From: an uncultured Bacillota bacterium
GTDB taxonomy: Bacteria; Sysuimicrobiota; Sysuimicrobiia; Sysuimicrobiales; Segetimicrobiaceae
Direction of reading: 5' to 3'
DNA: 64,000 bases
Assembly (NCBI GenBank): GCA_963804645.1
Contig: CAWDRG010000005.1
Location: 1 to 64,000, forward strand
In this document: positions 18,582-27,824 of the stretch, in pieces
Numbering within the stretch: position 1 is the first letter of the stretch
Layout: each line of letters opens with the position of its first letter
Translations under genes and position numbers: made by a program
The notes under the pieces: generated by a model
Database searches by the model: none
Told to the model about the DNA's origin: nothing
Seen by the model: only the letters and a program-made list of their open reading frames with translations

Positions 18582-19850
18582 TCAAAAGCCGCCGAGCCCG
18601 AGGACGCCGAAGCACACGCCCACGCCGGCGGTCAGCGTCGAGAGGGCGATCACGAGCCACCGGTAGCCGCCCCGCAGCGCGAGGTCGGACGGCAGCGCCC
18701 GGCACGCCAGCGCGACCAGGAACCCGAGCACCACCGGCAGCAGGAACGCGTTGATCACCTCGATGCCCACGCTCAGGGTCACGAGATCGGGCATCACCGC
18801 CACTAGCAGCGCACCGCCCACCACGCCGGCGGCGTAGAGCCCGTAGAACCACGGCGCCTCCCACGGCCGGTGCTCGAGGGACCGCTTATAGCCGGTCACC
18901 TCCCCGACGCCCCACGCGGCCGCCAGCGACGCCACGATCGCCGCCACCATGCCGGCGCCGAGAATCCCGAGACCCAGGAGGAGCCGCCCGGCCCCCGCGC
19001 CGAGCACCGGCGTCAGCGCGCGGGAAAGATCGCCGACCGTGGCGAGGGAGACCGTGGCGTGCCGGAGCCCGAGCCCTGCCGCGGTGGCCACCAGCACGGC
19101 CGCCATAACGAGCTGCGTCATCACGGCGCCGAGGGCCGTATCCCAGCGCGCGGTCCGATAGTGCTCGCGCCGCAGTCCCTTGTCGACGATCGCCGACTGC
19201 TGGTAAAAGATCATCCACGGCATGAGCACGGCGCCGAGGTTCGCCGCCATGAGATAGAGGTAGGAGCGATCGCCCAGCGGCTGTCGCAGCGCGCCCGCGA
19301 GGACGGCGTGGCCGTCGGGCTTGGCGGCAACCGCGACCAGGAAGAAGACCAGCTCAAACAGCCCGAGCGCGATGGCGACCCGCTCCACCCGGCGGTAGGA
19401 CCCGGTGCCGACCACCGCCAGCAGGGCGGCGGCCGCCAGCGCGAGGCTGGCGACCCGGGGCACGCCGAACAGCTCCCCGACCCCCGCCACCCCGGCAAAC
19501 TCGGTGACGATCGCGCCGAGACACGCCACCGCGAGCCCCGCGGCCGACAGCCAGGCCCACCGGACCCCGAAGGTGTCGCGAATCAGCTCGCCGTGCCCCT
19601 TCCCCGTCCCGACGGCGAGCCGGATGGTCAGCTCCTGCACCATGTAGAGGATCGGGATCAAGAGCACCTGCAGCAGCAGCAGCTGATAGCCCCAGCGCGC
19701 GCCGCTTTGGGCCGCGGTGAGGATGCTGCCGACGTCGGTATCTGCCAGCATCACGACCACGCCCGGCCCCAGCACCGCGAGCAGCATCGCGCGCGGAAGG
19801 ATAGGCACCGGGTTCAGCCGCTCGGTCTGTGCACCCACCGTCGCGTCCAT
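18582..19850 (-). CDS. NRAMP-related divalent metal transporter
   Basis: LGPG..MLADTDVGS, QELTIRL, GAVLMPWMIFYQQS; about 11 hydrophobic segments. Confidence 0.88.
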   Translation of the reverse strand: MDATVGAQTERLNPVPILPRAMLLAVLGPGVVVMLADTDVGSILTAAQSGARWGYQLLLLQVLLIPILYMVQELTIRLAVGTGKGHGELIRDTFGVRWAWLSAAGLAVACLGAIVTEFAGVAGVGELFGVPRVASLALAAAALLAVVGTGSYRRVERVAIALGLFELVFFLVAVAAKPDGHAVLAGALRQPLGDRSYLYLMAANLGAVLMPWMIFYQQSAIVDKGLRREHYRTARWDTALGAVMTQLVMAAVLVATAAGLGLRHATVSLATVGDLSRALTPVLGAGAGRLLLGLGILGAGMVAAIVASLAAAWGVGEVTGYKRSLEHRPWEAPWFYGLYAAGVVGGALLVAVMPDLVTLSVGIEVINAFLLPVVLGFLVALACRALPSDLALRGGYRWLVIALSTLTAGVGVCFGVLGLGGF

Positions 19851-20122
19851 CCGCCCTTCCGTTCGCCATTCCGGTGATGCGGGACCCCGGCGGCACGGGC
19901 CGCGGGATCGCCGTTGTTCATGGCGCGCGTCAACAATCGTACCGGCCGAGCCTCCGCCTGTCATCGGACGGCCGCCCGATTCTCGGGCGCGCCCCTCCCA
20001 GGAAGAATAAGGCGGACAACGGATAGCCCGATGACTCAGGGGAAAACTATACTGGGGCTGGACGTGGAACTACGGACTCCCACGTCGCCCGACAGCCGCA
20101 GCGCAGATGGGAGGCGGGAGCC

Positions 20123-20395
20123 GTGAGCGCATCGACCATCGCACCGTCTATTGTCGTCAATGTGACGGTCAACGGGGAACGGTATGTCGTCTTGGTCCCC
20201 CCCTACTGGTCGCTGCTCGATCTGCTGCAGCGGCGCCTTGGCATGTCCGGGATCGAGTGCCGGTGCGACGCGGGCAGCGCCGACGGCTGCACCGTGCTGC
20301 TCGACGGGCAACCCATGCCGAGCTGTTCCGTGCGTGCCGCCGACGTCTGCGGCCGGACCGTCGTCACGCGTGGGGGATTCGCGAAGGCCAGCTAG
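20123..20395 (+). CDS. Short CoxS/XdhC-like 2Fe-2S domain protein (degenerate, single domain)
   Basis: VTVNG, SLLDLLQRRLG, CRCDAGSADGCTVLLDG...SC; second Fe-S domain absent. Confidence 0.65.
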   Translation: MSASTIAPSIVVNVTVNGERYVVLVPPYWSLLDLLQRRLGMSGIECRCDAGSADGCTVLLDGQPMPSCSVRAADVCGRTVVTRGGFAKAS

Positions 20396-20424
20396 CGGGC
20401 ACCACGCCGTGCCCGGAGGGCGCC

Positions 20425-20841
20425 ATGTCGCCGCTGACCGCGTTCCTGGGGAAGCTGCTCGGGCTGTACTGCATCATCCTCGCGCTCGCGATGTTTGTCA
20501 ACAAGCAAGCGATGCTGCTGATGGTCACCGGGCTCCTTCATAACCCATCGTCGCTGTTCATCACCGGTGTGATGGCGCTGTTTGCCGGATTGGCGATGGT
20601 GCTCGGCCACAACGTCTGGTCGGGCGGAGCGCTGCCGGTCATCGTCACCCTCATCGGCTGGTCAACCCTGATCAAAGCCCTCCCCTTCCTGTTTGCCTCG
20701 CCCGACGCGAATGCCGGGATGTTCCTCGGCGCGATTCACTACGAGCAGCTCTTCTACTGGTACGCGGCCTTTACGCTTCTGCTCGGCGCCTACCTGACCT
20801 ACGCGGGGTTCCGATCGACGGCGCACAGCGGTCATCGCTGA
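20425..20841 (+). CDS. Small 4-TM membrane protein
   Basis: GGAGG RBS, four hydrophobic helices, GHNVW motif. Confidence 0.75.
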   Translation: MSPLTAFLGKLLGLYCIILALAMFVNKQAMLLMVTGLLHNPSSLFITGVMALFAGLAMVLGHNVWSGGALPVIVTLIGWSTLIKALPFLFASPDANAGMFLGAIHYEQLFYWYAAFTLLLGAYLTYAGFRSTAHSGHR

Positions 20842-20982
20842 GCGAACGTGGCCGCATTCCACCGACGGCTGAGCCGCGGGGGCCTCTGAGCGTGCGTGCT
20901 CCCGGCCGGGTCTAGGCACGGGCGTGCGCGGGCATGACGATCCACGAGCCACCATTCTCACGACCGCGGGGGAACGACGATC

Positions 20983-21168
20983 ATGCGCGCGTTCGGTCTG
21001 CTTGCACTCCTGGTTGTCCTGGCGTTCGTCCTCGCCTTCAGCGCGACGACGTACTTGCGAGGGCCGTCGGGCGGCACGTACAATGCGGCGCGCAACGCCG
21101 CCGAACGAGCCGCCGGCGCCGCCTCGACCCGTGCGGGCGACATGCTGAAGGTGCCGGCGGCCCCGTAG
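20983..21168 (+). CDS. Small membrane-anchored protein with pilin-like N-terminus
   Basis: GGGGGA RBS; MRA-FGLLALLVVLAFV hydrophobic helix followed by an Ala-rich helix. Confidence 0.55.
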   Translation: MRAFGLLALLVVLAFVLAFSATTYLRGPSGGTYNAARNAAERAAGAASTRAGDMLKVPAAP

Positions 21169-21245
21169 CAGGCCCTCGCGTCAACGGCCGAGGACTGGAG
21201 CGGGACCCTCGGTCTCCTCTCACCGGAACACGATGGCGAGGCCGC

Positions 21246-21647
21246 CTATTCGCAGTTGACGATCCACGGGACGGCGAATTTGTCGACAAGCATCCCGAAT
21301 CGGGCGGCAAAGAAGGTCTGCTGGATCGGCATCTGCACCGTGCCGCCCTCTGCCAGCGCGCGAAAGACGCGTTCCGCATCCGCCGGGGCTGTCACCTGCA
21401 GCGACACTGCGAATCCCTGGGGTCGTGCAAAGCGGTCCGGCGGAACGTCGGATCCCATCAACACCGCGTCGTCGACGACGAGGCGGGCGTGCAGGATCTT
21501 GCCGCGCCATTCCGGCGGCGCGTGCGGCTCCGCCGGCGACCCCCCGTAGGTCATCAGCGCCACGATCTTCCCGCCCAAGCACTGCGCATAGAATGTGAAC
21601 GCTGCCTCACACTGGCCGTTGAAGTTCAGATACGGGTTCAGCTGCAT
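21246..21647 (-). CDS. VOC family protein (PhnB/glyoxalase-like)
   Basis: LNPYLNFNGQCEAAFTFY, ILHARL, MGSD, FGMLVDKFAVPW. Confidence 0.92.
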   Translation of the reverse strand: MQLNPYLNFNGQCEAAFTFYAQCLGGKIVALMTYGGSPAEPHAPPEWRGKILHARLVVDDAVLMGSDVPPDRFARPQGFAVSLQVTAPADAERVFRALAEGGTVQMPIQQTFFAARFGMLVDKFAVPWIVNCE

Positions 21648-21750
21648 CACGACACCCCTTTCGTCCCCTCGTCGCCGTGCATGCCGTTCGCGTGCCCGCC
21701 CTCGCCACTGTCACACATGTCCGTTTTCGCCCCCGTGTTCGTCTCCCGCC

Positions 21751-22326
21751 TCACAAGGCGAACGGCACGAGCATCTTCGTCCGCTTCCGATAGGCCGGAT
21801 ACTGTTGTGGGAAGTGCTCGGTCATGAGTGCCTCTTCGCGCCGGGCGCTGTACACGAAATAGATCCCGAACATCACGAGCGGGATTGACCAGAACGCACT
21901 TTCACCGATCGCCGAGCCGAGCATCGCCATGAGCATCCCGGTATAGATCGGATGGCGCACGTACGCGTACGGACCGCTTGTCACCAGCTCCGGCTGTTCC
22001 TTCCGAGACATGGGCATGCCCCAGTTCCGTCCGAGGTTAACGCGTGCCCAGATGGCGAGCCCGATGCCGAGCGCGCACAGCGCGACGCCGATCAGACCCA
22101 GCAGCATGCCGGTGCTGTGCGCATAGGCTCCGGCGGTCCTCAGTGCATGCCGGAAGACCGTGAAATGCAGCGCCAGAAAGACGAGCACGATGACGCCTAC
22201 GCGCGCTCCACTGTCCCGCCACCAGACACGCGCGTCGAGATTGCGCTTCGCGCCCACGGCCATGACGGCCCAATACACCATGAAGATGAGCCACAACGCG
22301 ACGATGAGCCGGTTATAGATGGTCAT
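21751..22326 (-). CDS. Isoprenylcysteine carboxylmethyltransferase family membrane protein
   Basis: LGRNW, LVTSGPYAYVRHPIY, REEALM, YRKRT..LVP. Confidence 0.9.
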   Translation of the reverse strand: MTIYNRLIVALWLIFMVYWAVMAVGAKRNLDARVWWRDSGARVGVIVLVFLALHFTVFRHALRTAGAYAHSTGMLLGLIGVALCALGIGLAIWARVNLGRNWGMPMSRKEQPELVTSGPYAYVRHPIYTGMLMAMLGSAIGESAFWSIPLVMFGIYFVYSARREEALMTEHFPQQYPAYRKRTKMLVPFAL

Positions 22327-22440
22327 GGCGGGTGACGTGAGCGCTCATTCGCACCGAGTGCCCCATCTGAGTGACGGGACGGCCAACACCGCCTGGACCG
22401 TGACGCGCGGCCGCTGACGCCCGCCGCGGTCGAGGCGATG

Positions 22441-22472
22441 CGAGGGAGCCGGCCTTCGGGCCGGCTCCCTCG
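22441..22472. terminator. Perfect 14-bp GC hairpin with TTCG loop (no U-tract)
   Basis: CGAGGGAGCCGGCC-TTCG-GGCCGGCTCCCTCG, downstream of the 22580-24217 gene. Confidence 0.65.
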
Positions 22473-22579
22473 TCGTACACGAACTCACTGCCGATCAGAG
22501 CTGCACGGCCACGGCTCGACCGCCGCACGCGCTTCCTCGCGGGCCCCGGTCAGGCTCGTGCGCCGGCCCCGCCCCGTCG

Positions 22580-24217
22580 CTATCGCGGCACCAGACCGAC
22601 GTTCCAGATGACTTGGTAATGCGAATTATTGCCGCATCCACTCGCGGAGTTGACGCCCGGGTTATCGTCGGTCCGAATGTAGATCCCCTCCCCCGCCGTG
22701 ATCCCCCGGATGGTCTCGGCGTCCAAGATGTACAATCCCGCCGCCACCGGACCATCGCAATCGGGAAAGGCAAACCCCCACACGTCGTCGGCAAGCCAGC
22801 CGGCGATCGCCCCAAGGATGACACCGACTCCCGGGATGGTGCACCCGATTTGCGCGCCGATGAGTGCGCCGGATTCTTGCGGGCTGAGCTGGCTGAGCGG
22901 CAGACCGGTCAGTGACTGGATGGCGGCTTCGTCCGCCTTCTCGACCGCATTCAAGAGCATGTTCGCGGTCTTCTCGAGAAACGACGTCGCGGAAGGCGCG
23001 CCGGCGCCCCAGTTGATGAGCGCATAATGGAAATACACAATATCGCCGGGGTGAATCGTGAGGAGGGCGGAACCGAGCCCGGCAACACCCACCTCCCCGC
23101 TCGTATGGTTGCCCGACTCCTTCGTGCTGATCGAGATTGGCTGGCCTTTGACTTTCGCCGCGAGGCCCGCGTAGACCGTGTCCGACCCGTCCTTGATGCC
23201 CGCATGACCCGTTCTCATATTGTCGATGATGTAGTCGGGGATCGAAAATTCTATGACCTGCGGCGGAAGCAGCAGCGGCGAGTACGAGACGGTGCTGTTC
23301 TCAAGCGCGCGCCAGGCCAGCATCAGCCCCGAACTGTCCTTGCCCGTCGGGATCAGCGCCGGCCGGTTTGGGCTGCCGGCAAGGTACTGCTCCGCTCGCG
23401 GACTCCACCGATTCTTGGACTCGTCGGAGAGATAGCTGAAATACACCGAGGTCCCGCCGACAAACACGGGGAAAATCGCGTTTTGGCCCACCTCAATGGC
23501 GGTCAGGGCGGCCCACAGCACCTTATTGCCGTCCACCGCAATCGCAGGCCCGACGACCGCGCCGACCGGGCCCCGCTGCTGCGTCGTCCACTTCCTGCCG
23601 TCGTTGCACTTCGCCCACCAGACCGTGGTGTCCGTGCCCTCGCCTTTCCAGGCCATATAGACCGTGTTCACGCCGTCCGTGGCGAGGGCCGGGCTGGCGC
23701 TCGTGCCCGCGCCGTCGATCGCCGCCTGCGGCGCCCAGGTCGTGGCACCGTCTCCGCTCGTGGACCAGAAGATCCGCGTGCCGTTGTTCTCGTCCATCCA
23801 GGCCAAGTACAGCGTGTCACGCAACGCGACGAGCGCCGGCCCTTCGCTGGTGCCGCCCGCACCGGAGACGGACTGCGGCATCGACCACGCGCCATTCCCA
23901 TCAAACTTTGACCAGTACATCGATCCGTCGGTCCCCTGGCCCTTCCAGACGAGGTACGGCACGCCCTTGAGGGTTGCGATCGCGGGGCTCGACGAGGTCA
24001 GGGCGCCCGGAACCGGCTGTATCGGTGTCCAGTTGTATTGGCCGGAGTTGCCATCCGGGAGCAGCGCCGACGTGGTCGACCAAAATATGCGGGTGTCGGT
24101 CGCCTCCCCCTTCCAGACCATCAGCGTCTTCAGTTGCGGCGCACTTCCGTAAATCGTCCACCCCGGCCCGGCACTCGTGACTCCGTTGGGAACCTGCTGG
24201 CTCACTGGCTCGCTCAT
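22580..24217 (-). CDS. Hypothetical protein: beta-propeller-like repeats plus C-terminal domain with glycine-rich hydrophobic hairpin
   Basis: Repeats TSxxPA(I/L)A...Y(L/M)xWKGxGTDxx(I/M)xWS; C-terminal GALIGAQIG..PGVGVILGAIAGWL; GAGGGG RBS. Confidence 0.8.
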   Translation of the reverse strand: MSEPVSQQVPNGVTSAGPGWTIYGSAPQLKTLMVWKGEATDTRIFWSTTSALLPDGNSGQYNWTPIQPVPGALTSSSPAIATLKGVPYLVWKGQGTDGSMYWSKFDGNGAWSMPQSVSGAGGTSEGPALVALRDTLYLAWMDENNGTRIFWSTSGDGATTWAPQAAIDGAGTSASPALATDGVNTVYMAWKGEGTDTTVWWAKCNDGRKWTTQQRGPVGAVVGPAIAVDGNKVLWAALTAIEVGQNAIFPVFVGGTSVYFSYLSDESKNRWSPRAEQYLAGSPNRPALIPTGKDSSGLMLAWRALENSTVSYSPLLLPPQVIEFSIPDYIIDNMRTGHAGIKDGSDTVYAGLAAKVKGQPISISTKESGNHTSGEVGVAGLGSALLTIHPGDIVYFHYALINWGAGAPSATSFLEKTANMLLNAVEKADEAAIQSLTGLPLSQLSPQESGALIGAQIGCTIPGVGVILGAIAGWLADDVWGFAFPDCDGPVAAGLYILDAETIRGITAGEGIYIRTDDNPGVNSASGCGNNSHYQVIWNVGLVPR

Positions 24218-24336
24218 CTCATCCCCCTCTGGTGCGGGTCGATTCCAAGACTGTGGTTCGCGCTGCGTCAGTCAGGCTGGACACACGCTTCGTCGACGTG
24301 ATGGTCGTGCCACGTCGACCCTGTGGGGGAGAGACG

Positions 24337-24365
24337 ACGGAACCGGCCCGGCGGGCCGGTTCCGT
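24337..24365. terminator. 13-bp hairpin downstream of the ABC substrate-binding gene
   Basis: ACGGAACCGGCCC-GGC-GGGCCGGTTCCGT. Confidence 0.6.
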
Positions 24366-24400
24366 GATCTCACGTTACTGAATCGGTCGGGCCGAACGGT

Positions 24401-26032
24401 TCAGGGCATGAACCGCCACTGGTCGATGTTCCATCCATCGCCCGCGTTGCTGGGGTTGCCCGTCAGGCCGGCGAGATTGCTGCTCGTCGCGGTGGCCGAC
24501 ACCATGTAGTAGATCGGGATCGTCGGCACGTCCTGCGCCAGGATTTCCTGCGCCTTCCAGAAGAGCGGCTTGGCCTTCGCCGGATCGATCTCTTGTTCCG
24601 CCGCGTTGATGACGTCGGTCGCTTCCTTGTTGATGTAAAAATCCTCGTTCAGGCCGTTCGGCGGAATCGCGTCGGCCGAGTAGAACATCGACAGCGCCGG
24701 CGGCGCGCCGATCTTCCAGCGGTGGAAGAGACTGTCGCACTTGCCCGTCACGCGGATCTCCCCGTACACGGTCGTGGAGTAGTTGTGGATCTGCATGTCC
24801 ATCCCGACCGCGCGCAGTTCGGCCTGGATGACCTGCTGGACGCGATCCTGCGTCGCGTCGCCGGTCGCGTTGCAGTTCTCGAACGTCATCGCCTGCCCGT
24901 CCTTCTGGAGCACGCCGTTCGGGCCGGGCGTCCACCCCGCCTCGGCGAGGAGCTGCTTCGCTTTGGCCACGTTGTAGGTGTACTGGCCGTACGCGGTGGG
25001 GTCGTACGCCCAGGTCAGCGGGGTCATCGGCGGTCCCGCGACCGTGCCCAACCCGCCGAGCACGCTCGACACGATGCTCTTCTTATCGATCGCGTAGGCG
25101 ACGGCCTGGCGCACGCGGACGTCCTGCCACATCGGCCGCTTCAGGTTGAAGTCGAAGTGCATCCACGCGTTGAGCGAGTAGACGACGACCTTCACGCCCT
25201 GCGTAGATTGGAGGGTCTTGATCTGATCGAACGGCACGAGCCAGCCGACCTGTGCCTCACCCGTCTTCACCATGTTCATCCGGGTGTTCGCGTCTTCGAC
25301 GAACCGCCACACGATGCGCTTGATGTGCGGCAGCCCCTGCGCGGCGCCGCGGTAGTACGGGTTCGCAACCTCAACGAGCGACTGCCCGGCGTCCCACGAC
25401 TCGACCTTGAACGGGCCGGTCAGCACGGGGCTCCGGTTGTACGGCGTGTACGAGTTGAGGTCCTTGCCCTGGAGGATGTGCGCGGGCATCAGGTACCGGA
25501 ACGTGTTCACGATATAGCCGGAGTAGGGTGTCTTGAACGTCGCGACGACGGTCAGGGGATCCGGCGTGTCCACCGATTCGATCAGGTCCCACCCGGGGCG
25601 CGTGTCGACTTTGAAGTTCTGGTCGATCATCGCTTTGTACGTGAACGCCGCGTCCGCCGACGTCACCGGCTCGCCGTCGCTCCACTTGAGCCCCGGCTTG
25701 AGCTTCCACGTCACGATCATCTTCCCGCCGACGAGCTTCACGCCGCCGTTGGAGACGAGCGGGACCTCCTGCGCCAAGAGCGGAATGTACCGCATCTGGT
25801 TGTCGTTCGTGACAAACCCTTCGGCCAGCCCCATGTCCCCCACCGCGGGAATGTGCGTCGCGTAGGGATTGAGCGTATCGGGTTCCAGCGGATACGCCAC
25901 CGTGAGCGTGTCCGGAATCGCCGCGGCCGTCGCGCGGCTCGCGGGCCCCGAAAACGCGGCCAGCCCGGCGACCAACGCCAGGCACACGATCGTGAAGATC
26001 ATCCCGGTCAACGTGCGCGTGCGTCGCTCCAT
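24401..26032 (-). CDS. Peptide/nickel ABC transporter substrate-binding protein (family 5), orphan
   Basis: Signal peptide, LKPGLKWSDGEPVTSAD, TGPFK, DVRVRQAVAYAID; AGGAGG RBS. Confidence 0.92.
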   Translation of the reverse strand: MERRTRTLTGMIFTIVCLALVAGLAAFSGPASRATAAAIPDTLTVAYPLEPDTLNPYATHIPAVGDMGLAEGFVTNDNQMRYIPLLAQEVPLVSNGGVKLVGGKMIVTWKLKPGLKWSDGEPVTSADAAFTYKAMIDQNFKVDTRPGWDLIESVDTPDPLTVVATFKTPYSGYIVNTFRYLMPAHILQGKDLNSYTPYNRSPVLTGPFKVESWDAGQSLVEVANPYYRGAAQGLPHIKRIVWRFVEDANTRMNMVKTGEAQVGWLVPFDQIKTLQSTQGVKVVVYSLNAWMHFDFNLKRPMWQDVRVRQAVAYAIDKKSIVSSVLGGLGTVAGPPMTPLTWAYDPTAYGQYTYNVAKAKQLLAEAGWTPGPNGVLQKDGQAMTFENCNATGDATQDRVQQVIQAELRAVGMDMQIHNYSTTVYGEIRVTGKCDSLFHRWKIGAPPALSMFYSADAIPPNGLNEDFYINKEATDVINAAEQEIDPAKAKPLFWKAQEILAQDVPTIPIYYMVSATATSSNLAGLTGNPSNAGDGWNIDQWRFMP

Positions 26033-26384
26033 CTCGTCCCTCCTGTACGGTCTCCTACCGAACGTGCGCGCGCGGCGTTCGACACGGCGGTTATCCCCAG
26101 CGTGAGGAGATTGAGGTCCACAGCGACGGCAGGAACGGTGACCGCATCGCCGCCGACGCGCAGCAGGTCGGCGTCGCGGCCGGACCTGCGGTGCCCGCGC
26201 CGTCAGCAACCCGGCGCGCGGCGTCTCATCCGAGCGCGAGTGCATCGACGCGATGGCAACCCTCACCGTCTCTACCGCAGGTTCCACTCGCGGCTGCTGA
26301 ACCCCTTCCATCGGGACGCGTGCCGGCGTGCGCAGACCCTGAGGAAGGAATGCGGGCGCGACGCCGGAAAACACGATCCCGATC

Positions 26385-27029
26385 ATGCGCGCCGCCACAA
26401 CCATCATCCCGGTCGCCCTCTATCTGGGCTTGGCGGTCGCCGGCTGGGGTGGGGTCGCGCCGTTCTTCGCCCACCCCGCGCTCACCGCGCTCGCCATCGC
26501 CACGGCGGTGCTGACGGGGGTGGCGCTCCTCACGGAAGGGAATCTCAGCTCCGGTGAGCGCGAGGATCGCTCCAACCGGTGGGTGGTCTTCGCGCTCGGT
26601 CTCCTGGGGCTGCTGAGCGCGTACCTGCCGGCGTGGGCCGACCGCACGGGATTCTGGACGCTCGACGGCGATACGGTTCGCTGGGTCGGCCTGGTCCTCT
26701 TCGTCGCCGGCAACGCGCTGCGTCTCTGGCCGGTCTTCGTGCTGGGGCGCCGGTTCAGCGGCTATGTCGCCATCCAGCCCGGGCACACCCTCGTCACCAC
26801 CGGCCTCTACGGGGTCATCCGCCACCCGAGCTATCTCGGTCTGCTCATCGGCACCCTCGGCTGGGCGCTGGCGTTTCGCTCCACGGTCGGCGTGATCCTG
26901 GCCGCGCTTATGCTGGTGCCGGTCGTCGGGCGCATCCGGGCGGAGGAGCGTCTCCTGCGCGAGCACTTCGGCGCCCAGTACGACGCCTATCGCGCCCGCA
27001 CATCTCGGCTGATCCCCGGCCTCTATTAG
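26385..27029 (+). CDS. Isoprenylcysteine carboxylmethyltransferase family membrane protein
   Basis: LGRRFSG, HTLVTTGLYGVIRHPSYLG, RIRAEERLL, RLIPGLY. Confidence 0.9.
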   Translation: MRAATTIIPVALYLGLAVAGWGGVAPFFAHPALTALAIATAVLTGVALLTEGNLSSGEREDRSNRWVVFALGLLGLLSAYLPAWADRTGFWTLDGDTVRWVGLVLFVAGNALRLWPVFVLGRRFSGYVAIQPGHTLVTTGLYGVIRHPSYLGLLIGTLGWALAFRSTVGVILAALMLVPVVGRIRAEERLLREHFGAQYDAYRARTSRLIPGLY

Positions 27030-27161
27030 GCGGCCGACTAGCCTGGATTCCCACGGCGGTGCGCCGGACTAACCGAATCCACCGGAACGTACGGCGTCGA
27101 TGCTGGAATCGCCACGCGCAACCGTGCACCTGCACGCGGAGCATGACACGGCTTTCTGATC

Positions 27162-27737
27162 TCACGGTCGCCCGAGACGGAGCGTCCGATTGATGGCATT
27201 AAGGTCGAAGCCCTCGGGATCGAACGCGCCGCCGATCCAGGTGAGCATGCTGTCATGCTCCTCGTGCTCGGGGTCGTTGATGGCGGCAAGGAAGTCCTCG
27301 TAGCCTGGTGGGCCGCCGACGTCATCGGGTGGAGCGGCGCGTGCGCCGCCGGTGCAGAGCGGATAGAACCAGTCGGGGTCGGGTCGCCCCAATGGCTTGA
27401 CGGTAATCCGGTGGTGCCAGCTATCACCGAAGTCGTATAGGTAGAGGAACTCCCGCGTCGATTCGCCGAGAACGGCTTTGAGGGTGCGCCGCCGCTCATC
27501 GAGCATGTTCAACTCCTCAAAGTCCTCAACGTCGGCCATCCCGAAGGTGCGCTTGCCGATCGTGAAGCTGTGCAGGTGCGAGTTGGTCCAGCCCATGGCC
27601 AGTTGCAGCAGATCGTGGAGCTTGGGAAGGGTGATCGTGACGGGTACGAGAAGCCGTCGCCAGATCAGCGGCTCGATCCCTTCGAGCTCGACGTGCAACT
27701 CATAGATCTTCGCGATTGTGCGCTTGCGCGCTGCCAT
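27162..27737 (-). CDS. pRiA4b ORF-3 family protein (IS1096 TnpR-like passenger)
   Basis: IWRRLLVP, LHDLLQLAMGWTNSHLHSF, YLYDFGDSWHH, PPDDVGGPPGY, FDPEGFD. Confidence 0.92.
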   Translation of the reverse strand: MAARKRTIAKIYELHVELEGIEPLIWRRLLVPVTITLPKLHDLLQLAMGWTNSHLHSFTIGKRTFGMADVEDFEELNMLDERRRTLKAVLGESTREFLYLYDFGDSWHHRITVKPLGRPDPDWFYPLCTGGARAAPPDDVGGPPGYEDFLAAINDPEHEEHDSMLTWIGGAFDPEGFDLNAINRTLRLGRP

Positions 27738-27824
27738 ACGTGACCTCCCCTCGGCGAGGGTAACCGAAGTGTTTCGCCGGCCTGCCGCCGGTCGAACGTG
27801 TTAAGTGAACTGTACACACCACGG

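Noticed and set aside
18440..18582. Fluoride-riboswitch-like GAUGGCGUUC and an 11-bp repeat GCGCCGAGGTC upstream of the oxidoreductase operon
   Set aside because: The 3' UGACGCCUAC-type partner is absent, and an 11-mer repeat is unremarkable at this GC content.
26222..26300. SAM-I-like words (CUCAUC-GAG...GGCAACC...GGUUCC) upstream of a methyltransferase
   Set aside because: No closing GAUGAG P1 strand, GGUGCC is mismatched, and there is no kink-turn or pseudoknot; likely chance.
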